Origin: Takakia lepidozioides
Lineage: Eukaryota > Plantae > Bryophyta
Direction of reading: 5' to 3'
Assembly: GCA_030704615.1 (NCBI GenBank)
Contig: CM060731.1
Location: forward strand, 89,838,001-89,902,000
Length of the DNA: 64,000 nucleotides
Of this stretch, positions 63,436 through 64,000 are shown in pieces. Each line of letters starts with the position of its first letter. Within the stretch, counting starts at the first letter, position 1. Position numbers and translations under genes: made by a program. The notes below the pieces were generated by a model, which searched no databases, was not told the DNA's origin, and worked only from the letters and a program-made list of their open reading frames with translations.

Positions 63436-64000
63436 GCCAATGGGTCACTAAGCTCTTCACAGTAAAGGGCATCCCACTGGAAAATAAGATTAGTGTGACC
63501 TTAAATTGACTAAGGATTGCAACGTTATGGTGCAACTGCAGTATTTCTTGCCGGCAATCTCTCACCAACGTCGCCATGAACAAGGTACAACCAAGCATAC
63601 AGAGCGTGTACTCCTTCTCTGTTTCTATCGAGACGCCCTCCAATTCGATGCTCATTTGCGAGAAACCAAGGTCATCTCAAAGCGGGTCCGTTACAACCGA
63701 CACACAAAAATGTGAAGTTTGCGAGATCGCCAGAGCCTTTCTTCACCTTCACCACCAAGAAAGGTTATAAAGCTCTTTCTAACTTTCAATGCTTCAAGCT
63801 TAAGTGGGAAGCCAGATGGGAGCTTTACGGCTTTCGCAACGAAAATTGGTCAGCTATTTGGAGCTCTATATGGATCAAATCTCGTCTTGCAAAAATAACC
63901 GCTTTCCTTTGGCAGATAGTCAACATGGTGTTACAGGTAGGGGAATGGCTTCAGTTCCAGACAGCACTTCTCTGCAGTTGTTGTTCAGCGAATATAATGG

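Overview
Eukaryotic, almost entirely repetitive DNA, most consistent with a non-seed land plant. The host inference rests on PLS-class PPR fragments, Tcn1-like chromoviruses and a Phygy/Tat-like Gypsy element; the species cannot be determined. In order, the window holds: a tRNA-SINE-like fragment; an 11.7-kb ~445-bp satellite with a 5-mer higher-order repeat; a PPR pseudogene; three pieces of one Tcn1-like chromovirus family that appears to self-prime; two copies of a non-chromovirus Gypsy family with an extra 5' ORF; a dUTPase-bearing Gypsy; and a 500-N gap. The standout is a family of Mutator-like (MULE) DNA transposons (GCM-like/DDE/SWIM transposase, shared G(A/G)GG..CTATTTC..ATGAGC termini) carrying an intron-containing gene with the fold of prokaryotic beta-class N4C/N6A DNA methyltransferases. 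Three homologous copies of that gene are present. Each element's introns and subterminal DNA are studded with its own CG-containing near-palindromic motif, which suggests a transposon-encoded self-marking or anti-silencing system. No intact host gene was found. All domain calls are from motif recognition by eye, not database searches.
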